Shown: piece after piece, positions 9,576 to 19,914 of the stretch
Position numbering within the stretch: the stretch's first letter is position 1
Layout of the letters: each line of letters begins with the position of its first letter
NCBI GenBank assembly: GCA_041648175.1
Contig: JBAZPO010000006.1
Location: 83,317 to 147,316 of the forward strand
Length of the DNA stretch: 64,000 nucleotides
Direction: 5' to 3'
Origin: Desulfobaccales bacterium
Lineage (GTDB): Bacteria > Desulfobacterota > Desulfobaccia > Desulfobaccales > 0-14-0-80-60-11
Program-made: the position numbers and the translations under genes
The notes under the pieces: generated by a model
What the model was told of the DNA's origin: nothing
Seen by the model: the letters and a program-made list of their open reading frames with translations, nothing else
Databases searched by the model: none

Positions 9576-11000
9576 CTAATTCCGCACCCTGACCTTCATT
9601 TTTTCCAGGCGGGTCAACTGCAACCGGGCTTCGGTGTAACGGGGGTCACCGGGGGACAAGTCCTTGACCGCCCTTTGAAAGTGAAACATGGCGGTAGGCA
9701 GGGCTTTGACATAGAGACTATAAAACGCCAGATAATAATGGGCCAGCCCCAATTTCCCCTTCTGGCCGTAAAGGGTTCCCAGGTTGTAGTAAACATCGCT
9801 GAAGGTAGGATTGAGCTTGTGGACCTTTTCAAACAGGGGCAAGGCCTGATCGGTCTTCTTCTGCTCCTGATAGATCCGCGCCAAATAATAAAGCGAGACG
9901 TCATCCTGGGGATAGCGCAGGGAAAGCTCATTAAAGCTCTTTTGGGCCTCGGCAAACTTATTATGGTCGAAATAAAAAACGGCCAAGTCCCGTATAATCA
10001 GGGGATTATCCGGAGCGAGCTGCAAAGCCTGTTGAAACGCTGCCAGGGCTTCGTTATCACGGTCCAATTTGGCCAACGCCAGAGCGCGACCGTAGGGGTA
10101 GACGGGATTATTGGGCTCGTGCAGCGCATCCAGACTCATCCGCCGCAGGAGTTGGTTCGCGTTGCCGCTCAGGGACTCCAGTTTGGCGGTGAAGAATTGA
10201 AAAGCAGGATTGTCTTTTACAGGCTGTAATTCTTTTTGGTGCACCACCAACTGGTGGGAGAGTTCCACAACCCGATTGTCCACATCCGGGTGAGTGCTGA
10301 GATAGATGGGCAGCTTCCCCCCTTCCAGCCAGCGTTGCTTATTCATCTTATTGAATATGCTTACCATATCCCGGGGGTTATACCCCGCCTTGAGCATCCA
10401 CTTGAACCCCATGGCGTCGGCCTCGGATTCGTTATCCCGGCTGTACTTCAACATGGCGCTTTCCCCGGCGGCCATAGAACCCACCATGAGGGGCACGCCT
10501 ACCCCTCCCAAGAAAACGGACGCCAGGGCCCCGATCATGCTGGCAATGCTGACCGCTCGGGATTTTTCCATCATCTTGGACATGTGCCGGCAAGAGACAT
10601 GGGAAATTTCGTGGGCCATTACCCCGGCCAGTTCCCCCTCCCGCTCGGCCATGCGAATCAAGCCCGTGTGGATGAAAATATAGCCGCCCGGCACCGCAAA
10701 GGCATTCATGCTAGGGTCGTCCACAATAAAAAACTTGTACTGAAACGGCTGGGGCCCTATTTGGGCCACCAGTCTCTGACCTAATTTATTTAAGTATGAA
10801 GTCAGGAAAGGGTCTTTGACGAGTGGGATTTCTTGCTGAACTTCAAGGAGAAATTGCTCGCCGAGCTGCTTTTCCTTTTCGACGCTCAAGCCGCCGGACA
10901 TCATATCCCAAAAGGCCCAACTGGAACGAACGGGCGCCAGGAGCAAGCTCGTAGCCAGGATAATGATGGCTACCAGCCTCCAGCGAGAACTTTTATTCAT
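9576..11000 (-). CDS. M48 family metalloprotease with C-terminal TPR repeats (BepA-like)
   Basis: Signal peptide, HEISHV (HExxH) motif, and a TPR-like C-terminal half (ALAAFQQALQLAPDN..., YYNLGTLYGQKGK). Confidence 0.8.
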   Translation of the reverse strand: MNKSSRWRLVAIIILATSLLLAPVRSSWAFWDMMSGGLSVEKEKQLGEQFLLEVQQEIPLVKDPFLTSYLNKLGQRLVAQIGPQPFQYKFFIVDDPSMNAFAVPGGYIFIHTGLIRMAEREGELAGVMAHEISHVSCRHMSKMMEKSRAVSIASMIGALASVFLGGVGVPLMVGSMAAGESAMLKYSRDNESEADAMGFKWMLKAGYNPRDMVSIFNKMNKQRWLEGGKLPIYLSTHPDVDNRVVELSHQLVVHQKELQPVKDNPAFQFFTAKLESLSGNANQLLRRMSLDALHEPNNPVYPYGRALALAKLDRDNEALAAFQQALQLAPDNPLIIRDLAVFYFDHNKFAEAQKSFNELSLRYPQDDVSLYYLARIYQEQKKTDQALPLFEKVHKLNPTFSDVYYNLGTLYGQKGKLGLAHYYLAFYSLYVKALPTAMFHFQRAVKDLSPGDPRYTEARLQLTRLEKMKVRVRN

Positions 11001-11388
11001 GATGGACGGGCTCGGAATCGGAAAGAGCGGTGGCTAAAGGGTCCTGGGAAGAGAAGGCAGATTCGTTGTCCTGATCTATCTGGATCTTGGGGGCGTCCGA
11101 CCAGAGATCTTCCAAATTATAAAAATCCCGCAACGGCTCAAGGAAGATATGGATCACCATGATATTGTAATCCAGTAACACCCATTGGCCTTCTTCACGG
11201 CCTTCAACCCCCAGAGGCTGAAGTCCGGCCCGGCTCAGGGCCTCTTCCAGATGTTCGGCCAGGGCCAGCACATGCCGTTTTGACCCGCCCGAGCAAATGA
11301 CGAAATAGTCCGCAAACGAACAAAACTCGCTCACCTTCAGGAGCACCGTGTCAATGCCCTTATGGGCGACGATGGTCCTGACGGCCAA
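10993..11388 (-). CDS. rsfS: ribosome silencing factor RsfS
   Basis: KGIDTVLLKVSEFCSFADYFVICSGGSKRHVLALAEHL...WVLLDYNIMVIHIF. TTG start. Lies downstream of nadD, the usual context. Confidence 0.8.
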   Translation of the reverse strand: MAVRTIVAHKGIDTVLLKVSEFCSFADYFVICSGGSKRHVLALAEHLEEALSRAGLQPLGVEGREEGQWVLLDYNIMVIHIFLEPLRDFYNLEDLWSDAPKIQIDQDNESAFSSQDPLATALSDSEPVHHE

Positions 11389-11442
11389 TTCTACCGGTGC
11401 TGCCGGGGTGAAAGGGGCTGAAGTTGCCGCCGCGTTTTCCTC

Positions 11443-12120
11443 CTAAGTATAAAACTTATGGTTTATTATATATCTTCGCACCGCCTCCGGCAAGAGGTAG
11501 CGAATGGAATGCCCCTGTCGAACCAGGTTCCTGATTGTGGTGCCTGAAATATCCAGGAGCGTGGTTTCCTGGAAAATCACTTTGTGGCCGTCAGGGTGCT
11601 TAAAACCGTGCTCACCCTGAAGGGGCTTAAATTGCGGATGGACTTCCCGGAGGAGGACCTCCCCCAACAGGTGGCGGTCATAGCCGGGGCGATCCAGGAC
11701 CACAAAATGGCTTAAGGTGAAAAGGTCCCGATAGTCCTTCCAACTGGCGATTTCCAGAACGGCATCCAAACCCAGAATAAAATAGAGCTCCCACGTTGGA
11801 CCTACTTCCCGGCGGACCTGCCGCAGGGTTTCGATGGAGTAGGATCTCCCCGGCCGCCGCCCTTCCAGGTCGGATACCGACATCACCGGGTGGTCGCCCA
11901 CGGCCAGCCGGGTCATCTCGAGGCGGGTTTCGAACGGAGTGATGCCTTGCGCGGCCTTGTGGGGCGGCTCGCCCGCAGGAATAAACCAGAGGCGGGTCAA
12001 TCCCAGGGCCTCACAGACTTCTTCGGCGGACCGCAGGTGCCCGTAGTGGATGGGGTTAAACGTGCCGCCGAAGAGCCCCAGACGCGGCGTCGCCTCAGGT
12101 TCTGATCTGTCCGTCGCCAT
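11443..12120 (-). CDS. nadD: nicotinate-nucleotide adenylyltransferase
   Basis: [15 protein letters not shown] motif and ISGTTIRN near the C-terminus. Overlaps the proA stop. Confidence 0.85.
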   Translation of the reverse strand: MATDRSEPEATPRLGLFGGTFNPIHYGHLRSAEEVCEALGLTRLWFIPAGEPPHKAAQGITPFETRLEMTRLAVGDHPVMSVSDLEGRRPGRSYSIETLRQVRREVGPTWELYFILGLDAVLEIASWKDYRDLFTLSHFVVLDRPGYDRHLLGEVLLREVHPQFKPLQGEHGFKHPDGHKVIFQETTLLDISGTTIRNLVRQGHSIRYLLPEAVRRYIINHKFYT

Positions 12121-13351
12121 AGACGATAAACTTGGTGGTGGTCAGCTCTTCCAGACCCATGGGCCCGAAGGCGTGGAGCTTGGAGGTGTTGATGCCGATT
12201 TCCGCGCCCAAGCCCAACTCGCCGCCATCATTGAAGCGGGTAGAGGCGTTGACCAGAACCACCGACGAGTCCACCTCCTTTAAAAACCTTTGGGACCGGG
12301 CATAATCCCGGGTGATGATGGCCTCGGTGTGGTTGGAACCATACCGGGCGATGTGCGCCAGGGCCGCGTCCAGGTCCGACACCACCTTCACGGCCAAAAT
12401 CAGGTCCAGAAATTCCGCGCCCCAGTCGGCCTCCTGGGCCGGGGTTATCGAGGCAATGATTTCACGGGTAACGGGGCAGCCCCGTATTTCTACGCCAGCC
12501 TGGCTTAAGCGAGCGAACATTCGGGGCAAAAACTCAGGCGCCGCAGCTGTGTGGACCAGCAGGGTTTCCATGGCATTGCACACCCCGGGACGCTGCACCT
12601 TGGCGTTGAAGCAAATCGCTTCGGCCATTTCCAGGTCGGCGGAGTCATCCACAAAGATGTGGCAGACCCCCTTGTAATGCTTGAGCACCGGGATGCGGGA
12701 GTGTTCCGCCACGAAGCGGATCAGTCCTTCGCCCCCCCGGGGGATAATCAGGTCCACCAGCTCGTCCTGCTTCAACAGCTCCAAAGTGGCCTCCCGGGCC
12801 ACGCTGGGGATGACCTGCACCGCGGCGACAGGGGCCCCGGCCTCGGCCAGCGCATCCTGCATCACTTGGGCCAGGGCCAGATTGGCATGCAGGGCCTCTT
12901 TGCCGCCTTTGAGGATAACCGCGTTCCCACTCTTAAGGCAGAGAGCGGCGGCATCCACCGTCACATTGGGACGGGACTCATAAATAAAGCCGATAACCCC
13001 CAAGGGAATGCGCTGTCTCCCCACTTTCAGGCCGTTGGGGCGCACCCACATGCCGGTGACGGCCCCCACCGGGTCGGGCAAAGCCGCCACTTCCTGGAGA
13101 CCCTTGATCATCGAGACAAATACTTTATCGGAAAGCGTGAGCCGATCTATAAATGCCGGAGCAAAGTTCTGGGCCCGGGCCGCGTCCACATCCCGGGCGT
13201 TGGCCGTCTGTATCCCGGTCTGGCGTTCCTTCAGCAAGTCCGCCACCCGGAGGATGACCCGGTCTTTCACCTCCCGGGACAGCGTGCCGACGCGCCGGGC
13301 GGCGCCTTTGGCCTCTTGGGCCATATGATGAACCATTTCTGGGATATCCAT
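12095..13351 (-). CDS. proA: glutamate-5-semialdehyde dehydrogenase (gamma-glutamyl phosphate reductase)
   Basis: 418 aa with [34 protein letters not shown] and [27 protein letters not shown]-type motifs. Confidence 0.9.
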   Translation of the reverse strand: MDIPEMVHHMAQEAKGAARRVGTLSREVKDRVILRVADLLKERQTGIQTANARDVDAARAQNFAPAFIDRLTLSDKVFVSMIKGLQEVAALPDPVGAVTGMWVRPNGLKVGRQRIPLGVIGFIYESRPNVTVDAAALCLKSGNAVILKGGKEALHANLALAQVMQDALAEAGAPVAAVQVIPSVAREATLELLKQDELVDLIIPRGGEGLIRFVAEHSRIPVLKHYKGVCHIFVDDSADLEMAEAICFNAKVQRPGVCNAMETLLVHTAAAPEFLPRMFARLSQAGVEIRGCPVTREIIASITPAQEADWGAEFLDLILAVKVVSDLDAALAHIARYGSNHTEAIITRDYARSQRFLKEVDSSVVLVNASTRFNDGGELGLGAEIGINTSKLHAFGPMGLEELTTTKFIVYGDGQIRT

Positions 13352-13413
13352 GTGTCTGCTCCGTTGCTTGGTTACTTAAAGATGGTAGCCGAAACTGGGA
13401 AAGAGCGACCACG

Positions 13414-14160
13414 TTAATTCCCTTGCCGCTTTGCCCCCTTATAAAAATCTTTGCAGCCGACCAGTTCCGAAACCGTCACCATGCGGTAGCCTTGGGCTTG
13501 CAGAGCGGGCAGGATAGTCTTCAAGGCCTCCACCGTGGGGTGACGGTCCGCTCGGGTCTCTGCGCAACAGTCGTGAAAAATAATGATGTCGCCGTTTTTC
13601 ACCCGGCCCAAGACATTGTGGATAATGGCCGGGGCCGCCAACCCCTGCCAGTCGCCGGAATCCAGGCTCCACATGACCATGCGCCGTCCGGTATGAGCCA
13701 TATAAGACTTTAGCCGGTCATCCCAGGCGCTGTACGGGGGCCGGAACAGCCTGGATGTCTGGGGGCAGCCCACCAGGTCCAGACCCACCGCGGTGCGCTC
13801 CAACTCCCGCTCCCTGGAGGCCTGGTCCGCCTTGGTCATCCGGGGATGGCTGAAGCTGTGATTGCCCACTTCGTTGCCATCTTTAAGCAGCGCCTGCACC
13901 AACCCGGGGTTTTTCTCCACCTTGTGCCCCATGACAAAAAAAGTGCCCTGGGCGCCATACTGCTTGAGTAAGGCCATGATTTGCGGAGTATAGATGGGTG
14001 AGGGGCCGTCGTCAAAGGTCAGGGCCACGGCTTTGACATTGGCTGGTCCGGCCCAAATGGTCACAGGGTCGGCCCCCCAGGCCGTCCCCAGCGCGCCGCC
14101 GCAGTACACTGCCAACAGCATCAGAATCATCCTCAACCGCAGGCGGATAAATCGTTGCAT
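13414..14160 (-). CDS. polysaccharide deacetylase (NodB homology) family protein, secreted
   Basis: Signal peptide. LTFDDGPSP...GTFFVMG...GNHSFSHP motifs. Confidence 0.75.
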   Translation of the reverse strand: MQRFIRLRLRMILMLLAVYCGGALGTAWGADPVTIWAGPANVKAVALTFDDGPSPIYTPQIMALLKQYGAQGTFFVMGHKVEKNPGLVQALLKDGNEVGNHSFSHPRMTKADQASRERELERTAVGLDLVGCPQTSRLFRPPYSAWDDRLKSYMAHTGRRMVMWSLDSGDWQGLAAPAIIHNVLGRVKNGDIIIFHDCCAETRADRHPTVEALKTILPALQAQGYRMVTVSELVGCKDFYKGAKRQGN

Positions 14161-14288
14161 CCGGTTATTTTACCTGGAAATAAGCGAAAATTCAAATGGA
14201 TAAACCCGGGAAGCTATCTCTGTATTGCAAATACTATGACGTGGAAAAATTAGGTCTTATGATTCGGGGGGCTCCCCCAGCCTGACAT

Positions 14289-15536
14289 TTAGTGGGAAGA
14301 TTTAGTGATTTCTCTGATGCGCTGTAATATATCTTGATACTTATATTTTTCGGCCATCTCTTGAATCGTCTGCACCGTCCGCTCATCATGCTTACTTTTT
14401 TCCAATGCCATGTACAGTCGCATAGACGCTTCTCGCGGCCGGTGAAAACGCTCCAGGATGGCGGCCCACTTAATCATTTCCGGAGGATCGGGATAAACTC
14501 CCAAAGCTCCTAACTGTTCGTATGCTTCTAAGGCCTTGGCATCGCTGCCAGCCTCCTGATAGCACGTCGCCATCGCCAGATAGATGTGAGGGTTATCCGG
14601 CATAACCTCCTTGGCCTGACGAAGATAATAGAGGGCTTCATCGGTTCGACCCAAGGCCGCCAGAGGATAAGAGATATTGGTCAAACATTCAAGCAGATTA
14701 GGCTTTTGCCACTTAGGAATCATGACGTGCGCGGTTTTAAAAGCCGATACCGCTTCCTCCATCCGACCTAACTTGTAAAACGTAATTCCCAGCTCATTAT
14801 AAAGTTGACCATAGGTGGGGAATAACTTGATGCCTTCTTGAGCCGTGACAATAGCCTGATCATAGGCCCCGGAACTCCATAGGGCTATGGTAAGATTATT
14901 ATAAACCGCCGGTTCAACATCACCTGCCCGTATGGCAGCCTTGAGCATACGGACCGCGGCAGGAAAATCTTTGAGGTCATTTAATGTTGCACCTAAGTTA
15001 CTCATAGCTTTGGCGTAGTCGGGTTTGATCTCTAAGGCCTTTTCATATGACTTGACCGCGCCTTTGTAGTCTTTTTGAATATAACGAATATTTCCTTGGA
15101 CAAAGTAAAAGCGATATAAATCCGGAACGTTACTTCTTATTACAACTTCAACTTCAAAGGCGAGCTTCGCCAGTTCTTCAGCCTGAATATCTTGGAGGCG
15201 ATAGAGGGCGTGGAGTAAGCGGGTCTTCTTCAGTTCAAGCTGCACCCCAAAATCATGTGGCCGGAAAGAGAGGGCTTCCTCAAAAGATCGGGACGCCTCA
15301 TTGAAACGCTCCTCATTGAAAAGCGCCTGACCATAATTGACGTAGGTGGAAAAGAGAGAATAGCGCTGCGTCGTGCCTGACAACTTATCAAGTGAATCCA
15401 AAATCTGCGGCCCAAACCCGATTAAGGTGGTGATTATGCCTAAGCAGACCACCAGATCTTTGGAAAACGACATTACGGACTTTTTCGGTTTGCCCGCAGG
15501 CGCAGAGGGTTTCTTATTCCCGCTCTTTGTGTCCAT
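14289..15536 (-). CDS. TPR repeat protein with N-terminal membrane anchor
   Basis: Repeated A..Y/F..AL...P motifs (YEKALEIKPDYAKAMSNLG etc.). The gene is visibly more AT-rich than its neighbours. Confidence 0.7.
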   Translation of the reverse strand: MDTKSGNKKPSAPAGKPKKSVMSFSKDLVVCLGIITTLIGFGPQILDSLDKLSGTTQRYSLFSTYVNYGQALFNEERFNEASRSFEEALSFRPHDFGVQLELKKTRLLHALYRLQDIQAEELAKLAFEVEVVIRSNVPDLYRFYFVQGNIRYIQKDYKGAVKSYEKALEIKPDYAKAMSNLGATLNDLKDFPAAVRMLKAAIRAGDVEPAVYNNLTIALWSSGAYDQAIVTAQEGIKLFPTYGQLYNELGITFYKLGRMEEAVSAFKTAHVMIPKWQKPNLLECLTNISYPLAALGRTDEALYYLRQAKEVMPDNPHIYLAMATCYQEAGSDAKALEAYEQLGALGVYPDPPEMIKWAAILERFHRPREASMRLYMALEKSKHDERTVQTIQEMAEKYKYQDILQRIREITKSSH

Positions 15537-15667
15537 ACTGCCTCGGAATCCGGATGAAAATTAGACCACTTAGAGTATGCTGTAAATTTATTATAAATAA
15601 TCGAAAAGCTCAACAATTTCGGTATAACCCCGTAACCCGCAACCCGTAACCCCTCACCTCTTACTGG

Positions 15668-15701
15668 CCACTGACCACTGACCACTGATCACTGATCACT
15701 G
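15668..15701. repeat. heptanucleotide microsatellite (CCACTGA x3, TCACTGA, TCACTG)
   Basis: Read directly: ccactga ccactga ccactga tcactga tcactg. The last unit overlaps the stop codon of the M24 peptidase gene. A second degenerate repeat, aacccg(t/c), lies at about 15628..15652. Confidence 0.8.
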
Positions 15702-16889
15702 TTTTATTACGGTAATCCCCCGTGGGCTGTGGGTCAGCCATTCCACCCCCGCGGGGGTAATGCGGCCGGTGTCTTCCTGGCCGATCATGCCGATCTCCGG
15801 CAGAAAAAACTTGGGCTCGAAGGCCAGCACCATATCGGCCTCCAGGGGATAGGGGAACCGGGCCGTGATGAACGGGAATTCATCCAGTTCCAACCCCACG
15901 CCGTGGGCCAGAAAACTAACCCGGTCCGCTCCCGGGCCCATAAAGCAGTCCCCCAGGCCCCGGCCCCGGACGGCCTCCGAGAGCACCTGGAAAATGTCCC
16001 CGGGTTTAACCCCGGGCCGGGCCGTCGCGACAAAGAGCCGATAGAGTTCCTCCACCGCGTCGAAGGCCTCCCAGGCCGCCTCAGGCAGGGATTCCAGGGC
16101 GTACATCCGCGTCATGTCCACGATGTAGCCGTTGACGCAGGCGGCCAGATCGACGCTGATGGGTTCGCCCACCGCCAGCGGTTTTAAAGACGGCCCCTGG
16201 GGGAAGGCTGTGCTGAATCCCGGGCCGCCACTGGGGGTGTCGGTGTAGGCCGTCAGCAAACCCGATATTCCGGAGAGCACGTGGCCGTAAAAAACCTCCA
16301 AATCCCAGTTGCGCACTCGCACCAAGCCCTGGTGGCCCAGGAGGCGCAGGCGGTATTCCAGGGCTGCGGACACCTCCAGTTCGGACATGCCCGGCTTTAA
16401 AAGCCCCGGCACCTCCTCATGGACCTGGTCCAACACGGCTGCAGCCAGACGCACCTGGTCCAGCTCATAGGCGCTTTTGACCATGCGCTGCTGCCGGATG
16501 AGGGGTGAGAGGTCCATAATGGCATGCCCGGGGAAGAGCTGCTCCTGGATGCGCTTAAACATCGCGGCAGGGATGACATCCAGCTCCAGGGCCAGGGCCT
16601 CCCGGGGCGTAAACCCCGAAGCAGCCAGAATTTTGGGAAGTTCTTTTAAGTCCCGGTACATGGCCCGGGGCCAGGGGCCCGCCTCCGGCGGGTCTTTATG
16701 GGGACGGCGCACCAGCAGCAACGGCTGCGAACCGGCGGCCACCGCCAGGAAGCCATCCACCACCGTGCCGGTATAATAGAACAGGTCCGCGGGCTGGCGA
16801 ATCAGGGCCAGGCCGATGCCGGCCGGCGCCAGCTTTTCTATAAGGGACTCCACCCGGGAGGTGATTTCAACCACCGGCACCGGCTCCAT
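15696..16889 (-). CDS. M24 family Xaa-Pro peptidase / creatinase-like
   Basis: The C-terminal pita-bread region has HGVGLELDEFP and GQEDTGRIT. The start is set at the second ATG, which is preceded by AGGAGGAGG. Confidence 0.8.
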   Translation of the reverse strand: MEPVPVVEITSRVESLIEKLAPAGIGLALIRQPADLFYYTGTVVDGFLAVAAGSQPLLLVRRPHKDPPEAGPWPRAMYRDLKELPKILAASGFTPREALALELDVIPAAMFKRIQEQLFPGHAIMDLSPLIRQQRMVKSAYELDQVRLAAAVLDQVHEEVPGLLKPGMSELEVSAALEYRLRLLGHQGLVRVRNWDLEVFYGHVLSGISGLLTAYTDTPSGGPGFSTAFPQGPSLKPLAVGEPISVDLAACVNGYIVDMTRMYALESLPEAAWEAFDAVEELYRLFVATARPGVKPGDIFQVLSEAVRGRGLGDCFMGPGADRVSFLAHGVGLELDEFPFITARFPYPLEADMVLAFEPKFFLPEIGMIGQEDTGRITPAGVEWLTHSPRGITVIKQ

Positions 16890-16961
16890 TATTCCTCCTC
16901 CTGGCACAAGATCATTTCCAGGCCCTCAGGAAGCCATGCCTGGGTTTATGCTCGGGTTCCA

Positions 16962-18947
16962 TCATTCCTGGTCTTCGTACAGGATCATCTCCAGACTTAC
17001 CGGACCTTGGGCGCCCAGCACCAGCACCTTTTCGATGTCCGCGGTGCGGGAAGGGCCGGTGAGCCAGCTCACCATGCCCGGTCCCCGGTCCCGGACGTAC
17101 TCGAGCGCCTGGGACAGGCTCAGATTGGCTCTATCCGGGGGGATCAGGATTATGTGTTGTTTGGCTCGAAAGGACAGAGTGGCCGCGGCCCCGCACCCGG
17201 AGTCCACGAGGACGCTCCCGGTCTCGGGGATGGCCCCCAGGGCCACGGAAACTACCGTACCGGCCTCCGGAGCCCACTCGGCCTGGACGATATGGTGTTT
17301 AACCCCCAGTTCCGCGAGCCTCCCGGCCACCTGCCGCAGCCAGGGATGATCTTCCAGCCACAGAGGTGCTGCCGCCATTGCCAGCCGCCGGGCCAGGGCG
17401 ACGGGACCTTGCACCCGGCTCAAGGAACTGCGGGCTTCAGCAAGCCTTTGCTCCAAAAGCGCGCCTGTCGGGGCGGCCCCATGTGTCGGTCGCAGGAACG
17501 AATCCAGATTTGTAAGATCGGACTCAGGTGCTTGCTCTCGAGGGGAAGGCCCCGCTAAATTCCTCCCTTTGGAAAAGGGGGGATAGGGGGGATTTAGGTT
17601 CTTGCACCCACTCCGGTCCTCCTTCAGGCGGCCCCGTTGTTGGCGATGGAAGCTCTCCGAAGCCAAACGCGGCAGCCCGCGCCCCCAGCCCCGGCGCGCC
17701 ACAAGCCCGGTCAATCCACGCCATACCAACTCCAGGCCCCGATACCCGCGGGGATGGGCCAGCGCCGCGCCGGCCGCGGCGCTTAAGCCCCGGATAGCCC
17801 GGAATCGGCGGCTCTGCCCGCGCAGCCCCTGGATTTTATCGCGCAGCCGGATGCCCACGGGACAAATCTCCTGGCAGGCCCCACATTGGGTGCAGAGATC
17901 GCAGATATCTCCCACCGGGGCCAGGTAGGGCGCTAACAAGATGCCGATGGCTCCGGGATAGACCCGGCCGTACAGATGCGCCGCGCCCACCTGAAAAATC
18001 GGACAGGTATTGAGACAGGCCCCGCACCGGAGGCAATACAAGGCCTCGGCCATCTCCGGGTCCGCGGCCAGACGCCGCCGGCCATTGTCCAAAATCACCA
18101 GATAAAAGGCCTGCTTCCCCCGGGGCTGGATCTTGAGTCCCTGAATGAAGTGGACCAAGGCGGTGAGCCGCTGGCCCGTTGCGCTAGCCGGCAACAGGCG
18201 CAGCATCACCTCAACGTCTGTGAGCCGAGGAATGATCTTTTCCAGGCCCATCACGGCCACGTGGACTTTAGGCAGGGTGGCGGTGAAGCGCAGGTTGCTT
18301 TCGTTTTCCACCAGAATCAGGGTGCCATCCGGTGTGGCGAAATTGACCCCGGTGATCCCCATCTGGGCCTCATAAAAGCTGGGATTCAAATAGGTTGTGG
18401 CCCACCGGGTCAGAGCCTCCGGGTCCGCCGGAATTTGGGCGCCCAGGTGGTCGGCAAAGATTTCGGCAATCTGGTGGCGATTCAGGTGGAGGGCCGGAGC
18501 GGTGAGGTGCGCCGGGGGGTGGCCGGCCAACTGCACAATGAACTCCCCAAGGTCTGTCTCCCTGACCATCAGGCCCGCCGCGGTCAGGGTGGGATTGAGC
18601 CCGATTTCCTCGGTGGTCATGGACTTGGACTTGACCACCGTCTTGACCCCGTGTTCTTGGGCAATGGCAAGGATCAGCCGCCGCGCCTGGGCCGCATCCT
18701 CAGCCCAGAGCACCCGCCCGCCCCAGGCGGTTACGGCCTGCGCCAGGCTCTCCAGGAGCTCGTCCAAACGGGCCACAGCCTCGGTTTTGATGGCCCGGGC
18801 CTGACGGCGCCAGGTTTCCCAATGGGGATAGTCGGCAAGCAGCAGGTCCCGGGCTGCCAGGGCGCGGTGCGTCGCCGCCCGGACCGCCGGAGACCTCCCT
18901 AAGGTTTCGGGGGGATTGTCTGATTCAGGATTAGCCGTGACGTTCAA
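16962..18947 (-). CDS. LutB-like iron-sulfur lactate-utilisation protein fused to a LutC-like LUD domain
   Basis: The N-terminal part has two 4Fe-4S motifs (CLRCGACLNTCP, CTQCGACQEICP). The C-terminal ~190 aa resembles a LUD/LutC domain (GAIPETGSVLV...ILIPPDR). A low-complexity linker lies between them. TTG start is uncertain. Confidence 0.7.
   Translation of the reverse strand: MNVTANPESDNPPETLGRSPAVRAATHRALAARDLLLADYPHWETWRRQARAIKTEAVARLDELLESLAQAVTAWGGRVLWAEDAAQARRLILAIAQEHGVKTVVKSKSMTTEEIGLNPTLTAAGLMVRETDLGEFIVQLAGHPPAHLTAPALHLNRHQIAEIFADHLGAQIPADPEALTRWATTYLNPSFYEAQMGITGVNFATPDGTLILVENESNLRFTATLPKVHVAVMGLEKIIPRLTDVEVMLRLLPASATGQRLTALVHFIQGLKIQPRGKQAFYLVILDNGRRRLAADPEMAEALYCLRCGACLNTCPIFQVGAAHLYGRVYPGAIGILLAPYLAPVGDICDLCTQCGACQEICPVGIRLRDKIQGLRGQSRRFRAIRGLSAAAGAALAHPRGYRGLELVWRGLTGLVARRGWGRGLPRLASESFHRQQRGRLKEDRSGCKNLNPPYPPFSKGRNLAGPSPREQAPESDLTNLDSFLRPTHGAAPTGALLEQRLAEARSSLSRVQGPVALARRLAMAAAPLWLEDHPWLRQVAGRLAELGVKHHIVQAEWAPEAGTVVSVALGAIPETGSVLVDSGCGAAATLSFRAKQHIILIPPDRANLSLSQALEYVRDRGPGMVSWLTGPSRTADIEKVLVLGAQGPVSLEMILYEDQE
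17557..17598. repeat. CCCTTT..AAAGGG hairpin element embedded in the LutB-LutC linker
   Basis: aaattcctccctttggaaaaggggggataggggggattt encodes NPPYPPFSKGR in the CDS frame. A related hairpin lies in the opposite orientation at 23118..23138 in intergenic DNA. Confidence 0.4.
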
Positions 18948-18970
18948 CGCCGAGGGCTGCCGGGCCAGGG

Positions 18971-19702
18971 TTATTTAGGCCCAGTGACGCATTGTTCAAA
19001 AGCAGCCATCCATTCCGGGAAATGCAGATCTTCCGGCCTTTCCGTCGCAATGACGAGGAATTGGTTGACCTGTTCCTCGAGCCAGGGATGTTTGGCAAAA
19101 CTATCTAGAGACTCTTGCATCACATCCTTAAAGTCAGCCGGCATATTTTCATCACAGGCAAGCTGGCTTTTCAAATAAGCCAGCATCATTGGAAATGATA
19201 TCAGCTTCTGCTCTAACCCATAATGCCGCAGTTGATCCTTGATATCCTCCCGCACCCTTTCTGTCGCCATATCACGGAGAAATTCAAAAGGATTGGTGCC
19301 ACTGAACAGAGAGGGGACGGTATAACGAGCATAATTAAACCTTTTCCCCGTACGCCAGATATCATGGAGAACGTCGTGTTGTTCCGGGCTGGTGGAAATT
19401 TTCAACAACGCATCGCGGTATGGCGCCTCAAATTTCGATAAAATTACGTAATAAACCATAATCAAGTTAACAGCAAACATGCCAAAAATGCTGATGGAAC
19501 GCAGAGTTGGTTGAACGGTACTGGCCCAAATGAACATGAAATAAATAAATACCGATATAGCAATAGTCATTCGTACCATTCGGACGCCGGAAACCTTCAT
19601 CCGCCTGTCTCGCCGATGAAGAACAAAGTAGATGACCAGCATGATTAAAAGGACTAACTCGATGTAGGCGCTGGAAAGTAAATCTACCAAAAATTGAAAC
19701 AT
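18971..19702 (-). CDS. hypothetical membrane protein (3-4 N-terminal TM helices plus a soluble helical domain)
   Basis: Single long ORF in an AT-rich stretch with no recognisable motifs. The start could be 19762 or the internal MFQFLV at 19702. Confidence 0.5.
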   Translation of the reverse strand: MFQFLVDLLSSAYIELVLLIMLVIYFVLHRRDRRMKVSGVRMVRMTIAISVFIYFMFIWASTVQPTLRSISIFGMFAVNLIMVYYVILSKFEAPYRDALLKISTSPEQHDVLHDIWRTGKRFNYARYTVPSLFSGTNPFEFLRDMATERVREDIKDQLRHYGLEQKLISFPMMLAYLKSQLACDENMPADFKDVMQESLDSFAKHPWLEEQVNQFLVIATERPEDLHFPEWMAAFEQCVTGPK

Positions 19703-19914
19703 ATCTTCTCCTCTCGTCGGCCAAGGCAGGGCAGGAAGATTATCGAATATGCCGGCAAACACGTAGTGGAACCCTCATCAGCCAGAAGTGAGACCACTGA
19801 CGTCGTTTATTTTATCATACTCATACACCCAAATCCGAGCAAAATATCCCGGTATGCCGCAAGTCCCTGCCCGTGCCCTTGAGGCCGCGGCCAAGACCGC
19901 TAAGCCAGCCCTTC

